A stretch of 63,097 bases of DNA, the filler included, from Chiloscyllium plagiosum (lineage: Eukaryota): NCBI RefSeq assembly GCF_004010195.1. It is 4 parts of one record of this genome, joined end to end, with 100 filler letters (N's around TTAATTAATTAA, not from the genome) between each part and the next. Parts side by side here need not be neighbours in the genome. Positions count along the whole stretch, not along the records: positions 44,162 to 57,378 come from NC_057717.1; positions 57,479 to 63,097 come from NC_057717.1; 2 more parts are not named here. One strand, 5' to 3'. A program made the translations under genes and the position numbers. Under the pieces are notes generated by a model that ran no database searches, was not told where the DNA came from, and saw nothing but the letters and a program-made list of their open reading frames with translations. This document shows positions 51,476 to 63,097 of the stretch, one piece after another. Positions within the stretch are counted from its first letter, which is position 1. Every line of letters starts with the position of its first letter.

Positions 51476-54400
51476 GAGGGACTAAACCAGTATTTTGCAT
51501 CAGTATGTACTGTGTAGAAAGGTAATGAAGCTAAACAATTTGGGTAAATACAAAGTGATACCTTGAAAAATGCCTGTGTGATGGAGGAGGACATACTGGA
51601 GATCTTAAATGCGTAATTCCACGGCAGCTGATTAGATATACCGGAGACTTCTATGGGAAGCTATGGAAGTGATTTCTGGGCCTCTTGTTACTGATTTGTA
51701 TCATCGATCGTCACAGCTGAGGTGCTGAAAGACTGGAGGTTGGCTAACGTGATGACTGTACTATCTGAAAGACAGTAAGGAATAACCAAGGTACAACACA
51801 CCGGGAAGCCAAACGTCAGTTGTGGGTAAGTTGGGTGGAGGGGACTGCTTAGGGATAGTCAATGCGGCTTTGGGCGGAGGAAATCTTGTCTTACCAACTT
51901 GACTGAGTTTTTTTGAAGAAGTCGAAAAGAGCATTGATTGATTCAGAACGGCGAACGTCATCTATATGCACGTCATTCAGCTGTTCAACAAGTTTCCGCA
52001 TGGTCGTGTGATTAGCAAGGTTAAGTGACACGGAATGCGGGAAGAAGTAAGCATTTGGATGAAAGAATTGGCTGGAAGGTAGTCGACAGAGAGTGGTGGT
52101 GGACGGTGGCCTTTATGCCTGGAGGTCAGCCAGTGGTGTGCGACGAAAGTCGATGCTGGGTCCACGGAATTTCGCCATTTATCTCAATGTTTTGGACGTG
52201 AACATAGGAGGAATAGTTAGTGAGTTTTCAGATAACACCACGATTGGAGATGTAATGCAGAGCAAACAAGATTACCTCAGATTACAAAGGGATCATAATC
52301 TAATGGGCTCATGGGTCATGGACTGGCCGGTGAAGTTTAATTTCGATAAACGTGAGGAGCTATATTTTGGAATCAGAAATCAGGCCTAGACTTATACACT
52401 TAATGTTGAAGTCCTGCGTTTGCCAAGGAACGAGACTTTGGAGTGCAGGTTCATAGTTCGTTGAAAGTGAAGTTGCAGGTAGACAGGATACTGAAGAAAG
52501 CGTTTAGTATGCTTGTCTTTATTCGTCAGTGCATTTAGAACAGGAGTTGTCCACTTTTGGGATACTGTTTTAAAGTCTAGTGTCTCTGCTATAGGAAGGA
52601 TGCTGTGATACTTGAAGGAAATCAGAAAATATTTACAAGGATGTTGCTAAGTCTTGAGCTACATGGGGAGACTGAATAGCTTGATTCTATTTTCTTTGGA
52701 GGGTGAAGATCATGGACAAAGTGAATAGACAAGATCTATTGCCCAAGACTAGAGAACATAGACCTAAGATCAGAGGGAAAAGGTTCAACAGGAAACAAAG
52801 GGGCAACTTTTCAGAGGGTGGCATGTGTATGAAGCGAGCTACCAGAGGAGGTGGTGTAAGTTGGAAAATTACAGCATTTAAATGACAATTGGATGTGTAT
52901 ATGAATGGGAGTAGTTCAAAGTGGCGTGGGCCAAATGCTGAAAAATATGTCGAGATTATTTAAGGATATCCTGTTGACATAGCTAAATTAGACTGAAGGG
53001 TTTGTTTACGTGCTGTACATCTCTTTGACTCTGTAAATCTGTCCCAACAATATCCCATTAACCAATCATTACTGGAAATACCAGCCTATGTTGCAACATG
53101 AATTCGAGAGGCTTTATTTCCGTATTCTGAAACCTATGAATATATCCCTCCATGACACTGTCTGCCAACCTTCCCCTCTCTGTCCATTTCCCAAACGTCT
53201 CTTATTTGTTGGCATTTGAACTGATTCCACCGCTATCTCTCTCTAGCAGTGATTTTCACACGCAGAACACGCTTTGTCATGCCGCAATGGAGATATGGAG
53301 TTGCAAATGGATAGTAGCTGTGTATTCTCTCACTTCGAGCATGGTTTTCTCGTTTGCCCATGTTGGGCAGTAATCTAACAAAGTCTTATCGAGTAATGCA
53401 TTGGGATGGTGTACACAGATCTACATACTGGCAGGTTAATTGTGCCAAGTTTACAGATCAGTACACTAGTATTCAGTGCACAGCTCCCAATGATGGACAG
53501 ATACCTTGTCTGGCTTTATAAATCAATACATTGTTCGTGTCCGCCCAGTACTTTGTGCTGGTTCTGGGAGTTGGACCAAGAATGTGATATAGTTAACCAT
53601 TTTTGCTAATGTTGCAATCATTTCATTTTATAATCTCATTCCTATGATTATATCCTTCAATGTCTGACTGCTATGATTATTCCCATTCCAGTGTCTATTT
53701 CTGTGACTTGTTGCTGGTTAAGCACATGTCCAGATTTAACATGTATATTTCGATGGCCTTTGGTTTTGTTCACCCTGAAGCTTTGGTTTCCACAGTGAAG
53801 AAGCTCATAAACAATCTTTTAAAAAACATTTGCTTGTTTTCACTTTTTGGTGAGCTGCGTGATGGTCCATGTTGGAAATTTGTGTTCTCAAAGCTTTTCG
53901 ACACATCATTATAACTTAATTTTTGCCTGCCCATTGAACGCCATCGTTCGTCACTCTCTTCGGATCATGTACTCAGTACCATGGGGAATCTCCTCAACTG
54001 TCAGTAATTCGGACTAGGATTCTTATTTGGAGTTGACCTAATTCTGTATTGAGACATTTGCGTAAATGCGGGGGATGGTTACCTGGAGGCTGTGCTTAAA
54101 GCTGCTGTGAACATTCAGCAAGTTCAGAGGATTTGGTGACCCATTCTCGATGAGTCATGGGGACTGTCGTTAGAGCGTCTGGGTCTGTAACATGACCACC
54201 AATTGAACCAGAGGCTGAATAGAGGAGCATCGCTGTAAAATGGAATGAGCACTCACACTCAGATCAGCCATGATCTTATGGAATGGTGGGACAGAATTGA
54301 ATGACGCACTCGTGTAACTTACTCGTAACGTTTCTGTTTGTATCAAACCAATTCTCCTTCTCTTCCAGTGTACCATACTCGTTGGGAAGAGAATCACATC

Positions 54401-55399
54401 TTTATGTGTCTGGTTAACTCAATCCTTGGGGCTCACTAGACTCAAAGATTCTCCTGTCTCAGTCTCAAACAGTTGAATGACTGCCTCCTGTTCCTGTGTA
54501 GCAGATTTGTTAAAATGGATGTCATTCCCCTGCCTCTGAGTAACAGCCTCCAATAGCTGTGTGCTCTCTTGCTCCTCCTGTGGAATGAGATCGAGGGACT
54601 GAATGACCTTTTCAAATTCGTTACTGGTTCGACTGACTGAAAGCCTTTTATCTGTTTCATCAACACATCCTCAAAAGTGATGTATTTGTGTTTCCTTTTG
54701 CCTCCCTGTAATTGTGCAACAAACTGACTGGTTGAGCTTCTGTATGGCCGGTCTGAGAAACTGAATGTCCTCCTGATGTCCCCATGTAAAAGGCGTGAGA
54801 TGTTGAAGACCTCTTCCTGACGCCCTGTAACAGGCCCGACACAGAAAGTAATACAGAAAACCATGGATTATGAGTAGCCGTTAACCTCTATCTGATGGAG
54901 TTCCATCCTTGCTCAGTTACAGAAACATAAACAACACAATGTAGTCCACGTGTCCTCTCAGTAACACCTCGTAAAAACTGCACCAACAACTCTCTCTGTT
55001 TTGAATGATTCACATGGCAAAATGCGCTAACCTTCCAGCTCTCCATCTCTTGAAGTGGTAATCGGATAGAATGGGCTGAAAGGCCTCATCTGATCCCGAT
55101 GAATTATTCTAAAAGACCAAGCATCAAAATCGTGGCTTAAGCGTTTCTGACTGTCCCCTTTTACTGAAAGGTTGGTGGAGGTGGCAGGGATGCCTTTCTG
55201 GGATTTATGCTATGAGAGCTGCGTCAGTCATTCAGTGAGACCTGAGGATTTGGCAGTCCAGCCGTGGACCGTGCATGCGGATTGCAGTTCTAGCATCCGG
55301 GTCTGTAACATGAACAACAAACAGAGCAGAGGCTCCAGATCGGGAAAGTTCTGAATCCACGGAGTGAGTGTGTGTGAAAGGAATCTACAGTAACCAACG

Positions 55400-55640
55400 G
55401 GTTCCCCAGAATAGCTTCCTAAGCTATACTTGAAACAGCAGGAGAGTGTGAGTCGACACTTACTGAAATCTGAGCTGTTCAGAAAGCGGTGTCATCCCCT
55501 TCCACAAGACCTGCAGGTTCACGCTAGGGGGAGGAGGGTGCTGCCTGTGGCTCTCAAGGTCACAGTTCCATTCAGCTTCTATGATCCAGAACTTCCCAGT
55601 CAGGAGTGGGGGACATATCCATCATCTCCCTGCATATTAA
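55400..55640 (+). mobile_element. HARBI1/Harbinger-like DDE transposase N-terminal relic
   Basis: CHPLPQDLQ..ARGRRVLPVALKVTVPFSFY, then after a frameshift TSQSGVGDISIIS, matching the Harbinger transposase pattern LPVAVKVTVALNFYASGSFQ...GD...ISQ. Confidence 0.65.
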
Positions 55641-56725
55641 CATCATTACCACCACTCGGTGATGGAGGATATGTATGGTGAACGACACGAATACAATGCT
55701 TTCTCGATTAGGAGGGAACTGTCGGGTGTACCCCCTGTTTACCGAGTACAGCGGTATCCCTAAAGGTATATGACTTTGTGGGATCCGCTTGTCAATGGCG
55801 AGAGGCAGAGGAACTGAACGAACTCGTACTCCATTAATGTTGCAGTGGGACCATGCACAGTACATCATGTTGGTGATGGAAGCAATTCAGCTACTTTGTT
55901 CAGAATCAGTCAGCCGGTCCCATCGTTTTCGGGTGTCCAAGTAGAAACAAAGAATGGCCTGTCGATGAAGTCTGTCCACTTGATACACAGCTCTAAACAT
56001 CTTCCCCTAAACAATCCCCATCGTCAATGAAACACAAGAAAATGTCCAGTGTGTACTGAGAGCAATGGGCCATTGGGAACATGAGGGAACGGACCTTCAT
56101 GGCGATGAAGCACACTTAGGAAGTCTGCAGGGGTAAGATTGAACCCTTTAATGCACACAGTATGGCTAAGTTCTGTATTCTCTCTCCATATCAGTAACAT
56201 ACTGCCTTACATTGTTCCAGCAAAACAGACCACTCACATGAAACGTCATGTATCACCTGCTAAATTCTTATCCATTGATGTTATCTGTGTGAATTCATCT
56301 GCGGACTCTCCACTTCCTCTTCTTAATTTAGTCTCCTTCTTATATTCGTGTCATAATCAAACGCGGTTACAGTACACACAACACCATCAACATAAACATA
56401 ATTTGCTGGCGAATATCAGCAGCTCTGGCAGCAGCTATGAAGAAAAATCACGTATAACGTTTCGCCCTTGGTTACCTTTCCTCAGAACATTTACGGTACA
56501 TTTGTCCCATTCCTTCAGCTAATTGATGTAGATTGCAATAGTTGACGGACTAGCACTGTTCGATTTGTGACTCCTTTCGTTGTATTCTGTCAAACCGATG
56601 AAGACTGATTTATCCCGAGAGTCTGCTTCTTGTCTGATTACCAGTCCCCCGCCCTATGCCTGTGTCGCCTATTCGAAGGGCTGAGGAAAAACAAGGACCA
56701 TCAGTCGGCACTTCAGCCCTTCGAG

Positions 56726-56843
56726 GTAAAAAGAAGGACTGCAGATGCTGGAAACCAAAAGGGCTTTTGCCGGAAACGTCGATTTTCCTGCTCCTCGGAT
56801 GTTTGCTGACCTGCTGTACCTTTCCAGCACCACTCTAATCTCG
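56726..56843 (+). mobile_element. Short Penelope-terminus element inserted in a CR1 3' end
   Basis: GGACTGCAGATGCTGG...AAGGGCTTTTGCCGGAAACGTCGATTTTCCTGCTCCTCGG...CACTCTAATC; imperfect 16-bp flanking direct repeats. Confidence 0.8.
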
Positions 56844-57378
56844 ACTTCAGCACTTCAAGCCTGCTGTGCGATTTACTGCAAACATGGTTGATGTCACCTC
56901 GTCCTCCGTTTCACTTTCCCGATCAGTCCCCATATACCTTCATATCCACAATGTCCCAGCATCCATTGCAAGCTGCAGCAGTGAGTGACACAGAGAGAAG
57001 TAATTTCTCCTGACCCTTTTTATAAAAAGCACAATCTGCTCCACCTTTTCCTAACACTATTATATCTTGTTCTAGTTTGCCACAATTGAGGAAATATCCA
57101 CTCCACACCGAACTTATCAATGATACTTGGCATCTTGCAGACTTCAATGAGATCTCCTCTCATTCTTCTAAAAGTCAGAATGTACAAATTGCTCAATCTG
57201 TCCTCATATGACAAACTCTTCATCTCTGGAAGGAGTCCAGTGAAAGGCTGAGGTACTTGGGGTTTTTTTCATTGGAGAAAAGAAGGTTTAGGGGTGACTT
57301 GATAGAGGTGTATAAGATGATTAGGGGTTTAGATAGGGTCGACAGTGAGAATATTTTTCCACGTATGGAGTCAGCTAT
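56844..57378 (-). mobile_element. CR1 3' end (minus strand) abutting a short plus-strand CR1 fragment (57245-57378)
   Basis: LSYEDRLSNL...RRMRGDLIEVCK (ORF 57020..57223); the plus strand gives FSLEKRRFRGDLIEVYKMIRGLDRVD. Confidence 0.8.
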
Positions 57379-57478
57379 NNNNNNNNNNNNNNNNNNNNNN
57401 NNNNNNNNNNNNNNNNNNNNNNTTAATTAATTAANNNNNNNNNNNNNNNNNNNNNNNNNNNNNNNNNNNNNNNNNNNN
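57379..57478. other. Artificial spacer N44-TTAATTAATTAA-N44
   Basis: Same 100-bp structure. Confidence 0.95.
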
Positions 57479-58079
57479 AAGATGATATTCCATTTTCCTT
57501 CTTAATTATTTGCAAACCAATGTTTTGTGAGTCCTGCACAAGGACACCCAGGTTCCTCTGCACAGCAGCATGCTGTACTTTTTCCACCATTTAAAAATAG
57601 TTCTTTTTGCAGTTATGCCTACCAAAATGGATGGTCTCAAATTTGTCATCGTTGTACTCCGTCTGACAGGCCTTTGCCCACTCACCTAAACTATCTCTAT
57701 CCTTCCGCAGATATTCATGTGTCTGCACACTTTGTTCTACCACTCATTGTCTGTCACACTCAAAATCATCTTTGCAAACTTTAATCATTTGATTCGCGAT
57801 CATCCTTTATAATCATACAGATGTCATCATTTATTGGGAGATCTACCCTTACCTCATCTTCAGTATTGTATAACATTTCGAAATATTAAATCTGCTTAAT
57901 GTTCTGTTCAAAATGTTAGTGACTGTGTCCCAATGTCTCTCTAACGCCATTCAATCATATCAATTTCTCAATCGCTTTTAAGAATATAAAACACATTGAG
58001 ATTGACTGTCTTTAATTCAGTGTTTATTTTTAAAAGAACAATTATTCCTTGCTCCATTGTCACTTTTGTTCCTCATATT

Positions 58080-58800
58080 GACACGAACAGGGAACAGTCT
58101 GACACCGTCATACTCACAAAATCAGACCTGGTGGGTAATGTTTCATGGAGCTGCATCACCATCCCAGTTTATATCCTGTCCCAACGGCAGAACAGAATCA
58201 CCAGTGGTGGAGAAACCTTGGGGTACAATCAGGAAAGAGGTTACCCTGAAATACCATAAAATTGCTTCCAGAACCCGGGAAATCTCATGGTAACAGGACA
58301 CAGTTGGTCAAGAAAATCACCTGATGATGGATATCTACTACCACCCATACCTCCCCTCCGTGATAAATCAGTTCCCTCCATGTTGGAAACCAATCAGAGA
58401 AAGCATTGAAGGTGACAAGAACACAGAACGTTACTCTGAATGTGGGTCTTCAAAATCCATCACCACGAGTGTTTAGACAGGCCCACCAAGGACTGAGCAG
58501 GTAAAAATCCCAAACAGCAGCCGGAGTGTGAGAAGTAATGGGGGAACCAAGAAGGGAGAAATAACCTCTCCAAACTACTTATCAGAGATGGAACTGTCGC
58601 AAACGGTGTCTGTAGTAGCAGCTAGAACACAGTCCGGGCGTAGGGAAAGCCTCAGCCTCATATTGAATACATGCCCATATTGTTCTGTGACTCTATCACC
58701 TGCGAAGTGGGACATACGTCTAAATGACCGAGCAGATGGGAACTGGGCATCCATGAAGCACTGTGGGCTATCGGCCGCTGCAGCATCAATAGCCTTTCCT
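58080..58800 (+). mobile_element. LINE APE-endonuclease region, degenerate
   Basis: DTVILTKSDL...ITIPVYILSQRQNRITSGGET resembles the APE motifs D.VIL.E...IPGY..RQDR..GGG; downstream remnants resemble YRPP and GDFN.HH. Confidence 0.6.
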
Positions 58801-60619
58801 CCATTATAAAGTCAAAAGTGGACTGATCACTGTTGGTTCCAAAACGTTCAGCATCATTCACAAGTACACTACACTGAAGCAGGATATTCACCCCATCAAG
58901 AGTTTTGAACAGGAGAGGAATGTGGTCATTCAGCCAGTCGAGCCTGTTACTCAGCAATTGGATCAGATCTTTTAATCTCTCATATCTGTGACATAGGGAA
59001 TGGAAGGGAATACGCAGCCTTTCAAACTTTCTACACAGGATTACGGGGAGGATGGGTTACCTTGCCGGAAGCATAGATAAATATGGGGTTAATTAATAAA
59101 TATCAGTTTCACAAAGAACAGTGCTGCGGTCTCACATATTTGCAACCAATATCAAAGGTTTGCATAAATGGAAAAAATGTATCCTAACGAAAGATAAAAT
59201 GACAGTAAGATAGACAGGAACTGAAATTATCAACAGGAGTTCAAGAATCTGTAAATGGATAATCGTTAGATACATTTTTAGGTCGAAAGTAATGTGGGTA
59301 AATGTGAACCAGTGATTTAATTCCCAGGAAGATTAAAGGGCTATATATTACATAAATGGAGAGACATAACAAGACTTAATGAAACACTGAGTACTGGAGC
59401 GTTCACTCTGTCCCAATCAGACATTAGAATTCATTTTTCATTTCTCTGCTGGTCTTTTCACTAATGCTCCCAGTGGTCCCATTGGTCTCAATATACATGG
59501 GATATTTTGATGTGGTTGGTTGGCTATTGGGAGGGGACGGTGTTTTCTTGCCAAGAGATCATCTTTTCCTTCGACGTGGAGACCCTAAGATGATGGGAAT
59601 GGCTGACTGCTTCTGAATGAAGAGCCTGTGAGTTGTCACCAACATGATGCACGGTGCATGGTCACACAACAACATTAAAATCGTGAGAGTCGGAAGGTCC
59701 ACTCACAAGAATTATAACTAAAGGCATTGCAATTCAGCTGACGTGGTTAGTTATATCACATTCTTAATCCAGCTCACAAAACCAGCCCATACACCAATAG
59801 CACAGCGGACATGCATGTTCACCATGGAACATTGTGTACAGCAGGCTATAGTTCTCCTCAGTACAACTCAGCAATCTGTCCAGAGTGGAACACTGTGAAT
59901 ATTCATACATTGCACTGGTCAATATAATCCAGGAATCTGTCCTGAATGAAACACTGCGCAGATCATATCAGAGCATTAATCTATAAACCCGGGATAGATA
60001 TCTGTTCAGCAACGGGAGCTTTGCAGACCACAGCAATACAATCATTTTTTTAAAAAAAAAGTCAACTAGAATGTCTGACCAGTACAGGGAATTGTGCAGC
60101 GAGCACTGGTGAATTGATCTGTAAACCTGTACCAATTACCCTCCCAGAATGGAGAGCTATGTACACCACCCGTGTTCAATTGTCGCCAACACTGTGTTCG
60201 ATCGCTTCCCAGCGTCAGGAAACTTGCGCACAGACTGGAAGTGACAGGATGTGCAGCTCCCATTAATTTACAGCTCCATATCTCCATTGTGCCATGACCA
60301 GGGGTGCTGCTGGTGTGAAAATCATTGCCAGAGAGAGATTTGGGGAATCATTTAAAAAACCAACAAATGGGTGGGGTTTGGGATATAGACAGAGACGGGA
60401 AGATCGATAGACATGACATGGAAAGATGTGTACATTGGTTTCAGAATGCTGAAACGTCGGCATTTCTATTAGATCGTGTAACAGGAGCCAATATTCCCAG
60501 GAATGATGTGTCAACAGCACACTGGAGTGAGTTCAGACGATGGAGAGTTTTGAATGGACATTTGCACTGCATCTTTCCAACAATAATTTAGCTCCGTGAC
60601 ATTTTCACCGAATGCGACA

Positions 60620-61900
60620 GCGGGAATGTATGCATGAGGCCGAGCTTGTTTCCTCGTGCTATCTTAACGAATGCACCTCATTAACTACATATCCCACCAC
60701 ATGTTGTCCCTCTCGTTTATTACCAGCCCGAGTCTCCCACCCATAACAGCTGCATGTACTCACTATCGCTACAATTTCCCTGGTTATTTCGTGATCTCTG
60801 GCAATCACGCCAACTTTAAAAGGCTAATGTGCACACGGTTGAGCTTTCTCAGCTCGGAGCTGCACTGCACATTTTAATCCGAGCCTCGCAGATCAGGGTC
60901 AATTACAACACGATTTGTCGACAGGGGCACAGACGTCCTTTGGATGGGCTAGTACAGAGGATGCCCCACCACCAGGCCACCGACCAAGTCTGAGCTCACC
61001 ACGCAGATCAGTCCAGTATGTGTGTTCTGAAGAAATGTCCAGCCATACAGGACAAGTATCAATAACCTTCCCCGCCTTGTCAGGATAAGTGTAACCATAT
61101 TCTGTCTGCTCCCTATCGCTCACTGTATATCTGTTATATCACCTACCCACGAAAAAGACTCATGCTCCACCGTGGAGAAAGTGAGGACTGCAGATGCTGT
61201 GACCAGTCAATATTAGATTGGTGCTGGAATAACACAACAGGTCAGGCAGCATGTGAGGAGCAGGAAAGTCGACATTTCGGGCAAAAACCCTTCAACAGGA
61301 TGCTGCGTGACCTGCTGTGCTTTTCCAGCATCACTCCAATCTTGACTCATGCTCCATCACTCTCACTGCTGCATTTCACAACGTACCTCTTTCTCTCTTC
61401 CCCCCACTGCACCCCTCCACACTAATAACACCGCATAAATACAACACTGTGAACTGACTCCCTCCAGAAACCTCTCCATTTCCCTCCACGTACACCAACA
61501 CCAACAGCAGAACATCCCGCTTGCACCATCACACTCTCCCATTTCTCCCATTCGAGGAGAAACAACCTGGAAAAGAACAGAAAGGGCCAATCCGTGTGGT
61601 GTAATCCCCGATATAAGTTCCTCACGCCCCCTCCCCTCACCATGTGTGGAGGTCCATGGCACGAGCCGGAGAGGACAGTGGAGATTCTGAAACATCCACA
61701 TCCCACCAATTGAGTAAGGAGCAACATTCATTGAAGGGAAACTTTTAGTTTTAACCCACTGTCAGTTCCACTTCCCCCGAAGCAGTTTAGAGACTGTGGC
61801 CCTGATGCGCTCTCACTTCGAGCTCTAACAAATGGAATTTCCACGGTCTCCATGGGCAGGAGGTTGGGCTCACAACACATCGTCTCCATCTCCTCCCAGG
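60620..61900 (+). mobile_element. PIF/Harbinger relic: Myb/SANT-like gene region (pseudogenised)
   Basis: RMPHHQ and RNVQPYRTSINNLPRLVR followed by a mutated donor ATAAGT (~61085); downstream RTERANPCGVIPDI resembles R.ERA.TGGG.PDI of Harbinger Myb/SANT proteins. Confidence 0.55.
61170..61343. mobile_element. Short Penelope-terminus hairpin element
   Basis: AAAGTGAGGACTGCAGATGCT...GTCAGGCAGCAT...ATGCTGCGTGACCTGCTGTG; flanked by GACTCATGCTCCA at 61157-61169 and 61344-61356. Confidence 0.85.
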
Positions 61901-62072
61901 AAGAGAGCATGGAGACTCATTGCTACCTATTCTCCTGTAAGCACCTCAATTACTGAAAGTAATCTGTGATGTTAAGTTGTCCTGGCATCCTCAGTAGTCT
62001 GCGCTCGTATACACTCAGGATGCCTGCTCCTGCTGCACTTTTATAACGGTACAGTCTGTTTTAAATTGTGGT

Positions 62073-62535
62073 TCAGTTCGCCGAGCTCGGAATTTGTGTT
62101 GCAGAGTTTTCGTCACCTGTCCAGGTGACATCCTCAGTGCTTGGGAGCCCCCTGTGAAGCGCTTCTGTGATGTTTCCACTGGCATTTATAGTGGTTTGTC
62201 TCTGCTGCTTCCGATTGTCAGTTCCAGCTGTCTGCTGCAGTGTCCGGTATATTGGGTCCAGGTCGATGTGTTTGTTGATCGAAACTGTGGATGAGTGCCA
62301 TGCCTCGAGGAATTCCCTGGCTGTTCTCTGTTTGGCTTGATCTATAATAATAGTGTTGTCCCAGTCGAATTCATGTTGCTTGTCGTCTGTGTGTGTGGCT
62401 ACGAAGGATAACTGGTCGTGTCGTTTCGTGGCTAGTTGGTGTTCATGGATGCGAATCGTCAGCTGTCTACCTGTTTGTCCTATGTCGTGTTTTGTGCAGT
62501 TCTTGCATGGGATTTTGTACACTACGTTGAGACAA
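62073..62535 (-). mobile_element. Penelope-like element 3' end: GIY-YIG endonuclease
   Basis: VVYKIPCKNCTKHDIGQTGRQLTIRIHEH...FDWDNTIII...AREFLEAWHS...INKHIDL is a typical PLE GIY-YIG domain. Confidence 0.92.
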
Positions 62536-62734
62536 ACTGGTCGTGTCGTTTCGTGGCTAGTTGGTGTTCATGGATGCGAATCGTCAGCTGTCTTCCTGTT
62601 TGTCCTATGTCGTGTTTTGTGCAGTTCTTGCATGGGATTTTGTACACTACGTTGAGACAACTGGAAGCGGCAGCGACAAACCAAATTAAATGCCGGAGGA
62701 AACATCACAGAAGCGCTTCACAGGAGGCTCCCAA

Positions 62735-62774
62735 GCACTGAGGATGTCACCTAGACAGGTGACGAAAACTCTGC
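62735..62774 (+). ncRNA. Hammerhead ribozyme-like motif (third family); inverted copy at 62101-62140(-)
   Basis: GCA-CUGAGGA-U-GUCACCU(AGAC)AGGUGAC-GAAA-AC-UC^-UGC: the core and helices I and II are intact, but helix III (AACU) is not palindromic. Confidence 0.7.
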
Positions 62775-63097
62775 AACACAAATTCCGAGCTCGGCGAACA
62801 GAACCACAATTTAAAACAGACTGTACCGTTATAAAAGTGCAGCAGGAGCAGGCATCCTGAGTGTATACGAGCGCAGACTACTGAGGATGCCAGGACAACT
62901 TAACATCACAGATTACTTTCAGTAATTGAGCTGCTTACAGGAGAATAGGTAGCAATGAGTCTCCATGCTCTCTTCCTGGGAGGAGATGGAGACGATGTGT
63001 TGTGAGCCCAACCTCCTGCCCACGGAGACCGTGGAAATTCCATTTGTTAGAGCTCGAAGTGAGAGCGCATCAGGGCCACAGCCTCTAAGCTGCGTCG

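Larger units (their letters stand above)
50520..53035 (+). mobile_element. Long degenerate CR1 LINE with nested SINE and hairpin insertions
   Basis: EDWRLANV, KSCLTNLTEFFEEV, FAIYLNVLDVNIGGIVSEFSDNTTIG and KFNFDKREELYFG motifs, plus a 3' UTR. Confidence 0.88.
61778..63097. repeat. Inverted duplication (~61778-62220 vs ~62655-63097) around a 125-bp direct tandem repeat (62411-62535 / 62536-62660)
   Basis: The window end is the near-exact reverse complement of 61778-62220, with a few substitutions. Confidence 0.93.

Noticed and set aside
54442..54864. 140-aa minus-strand ORF as a host gene or third Myb/SANT copy
   Set aside because: No convincing domain; only a faint RRQSFNCL resemblance to the Myb helix.

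Overview
Repeat-rich eukaryotic genomic DNA, most likely from a shark or other cartilaginous fish (inferred from HE1/V-SINEs, abundant CR1 LINEs and a GPR139-like GPCR). The window is four segments joined by artificial 100-bp N44-TTAATTAATTAA-N44 spacers (21653-21752, 44062-44161, 57379-57478), plus three ordinary N gaps, so continuity across the spacers is unproven. There is one apparently intact host gene: a two-exon GPR139/GPR142-like class A GPCR, join(3337..3448,4695..5590), 335 aa, with a decayed paralogue about 2.6 kb downstream. The rest is mostly mobile DNA: many CR1 fragments, a Rex1/Babar fragment, SINEs, several Penelope-like retroelements, a Gmr1-type Gypsy LTR element with integrase upstream of RT, and PIF/Harbinger relics. 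Also present are a ~6-kb degenerate 34-bp G/T-rich satellite, two near-identical tandem duplications and a terminal inverted duplication. The most interesting non-coding signal is a set of minimal type I hammerhead ribozyme motifs from three distinct Penelope-associated terminal families. One intact motif lies in each arm of a perfect 128-bp inverted repeat, and short fold-back elements of the same family carry 13-16 bp target-site-like duplications. TE boundaries are read by eye and approximate; no database searches were run.
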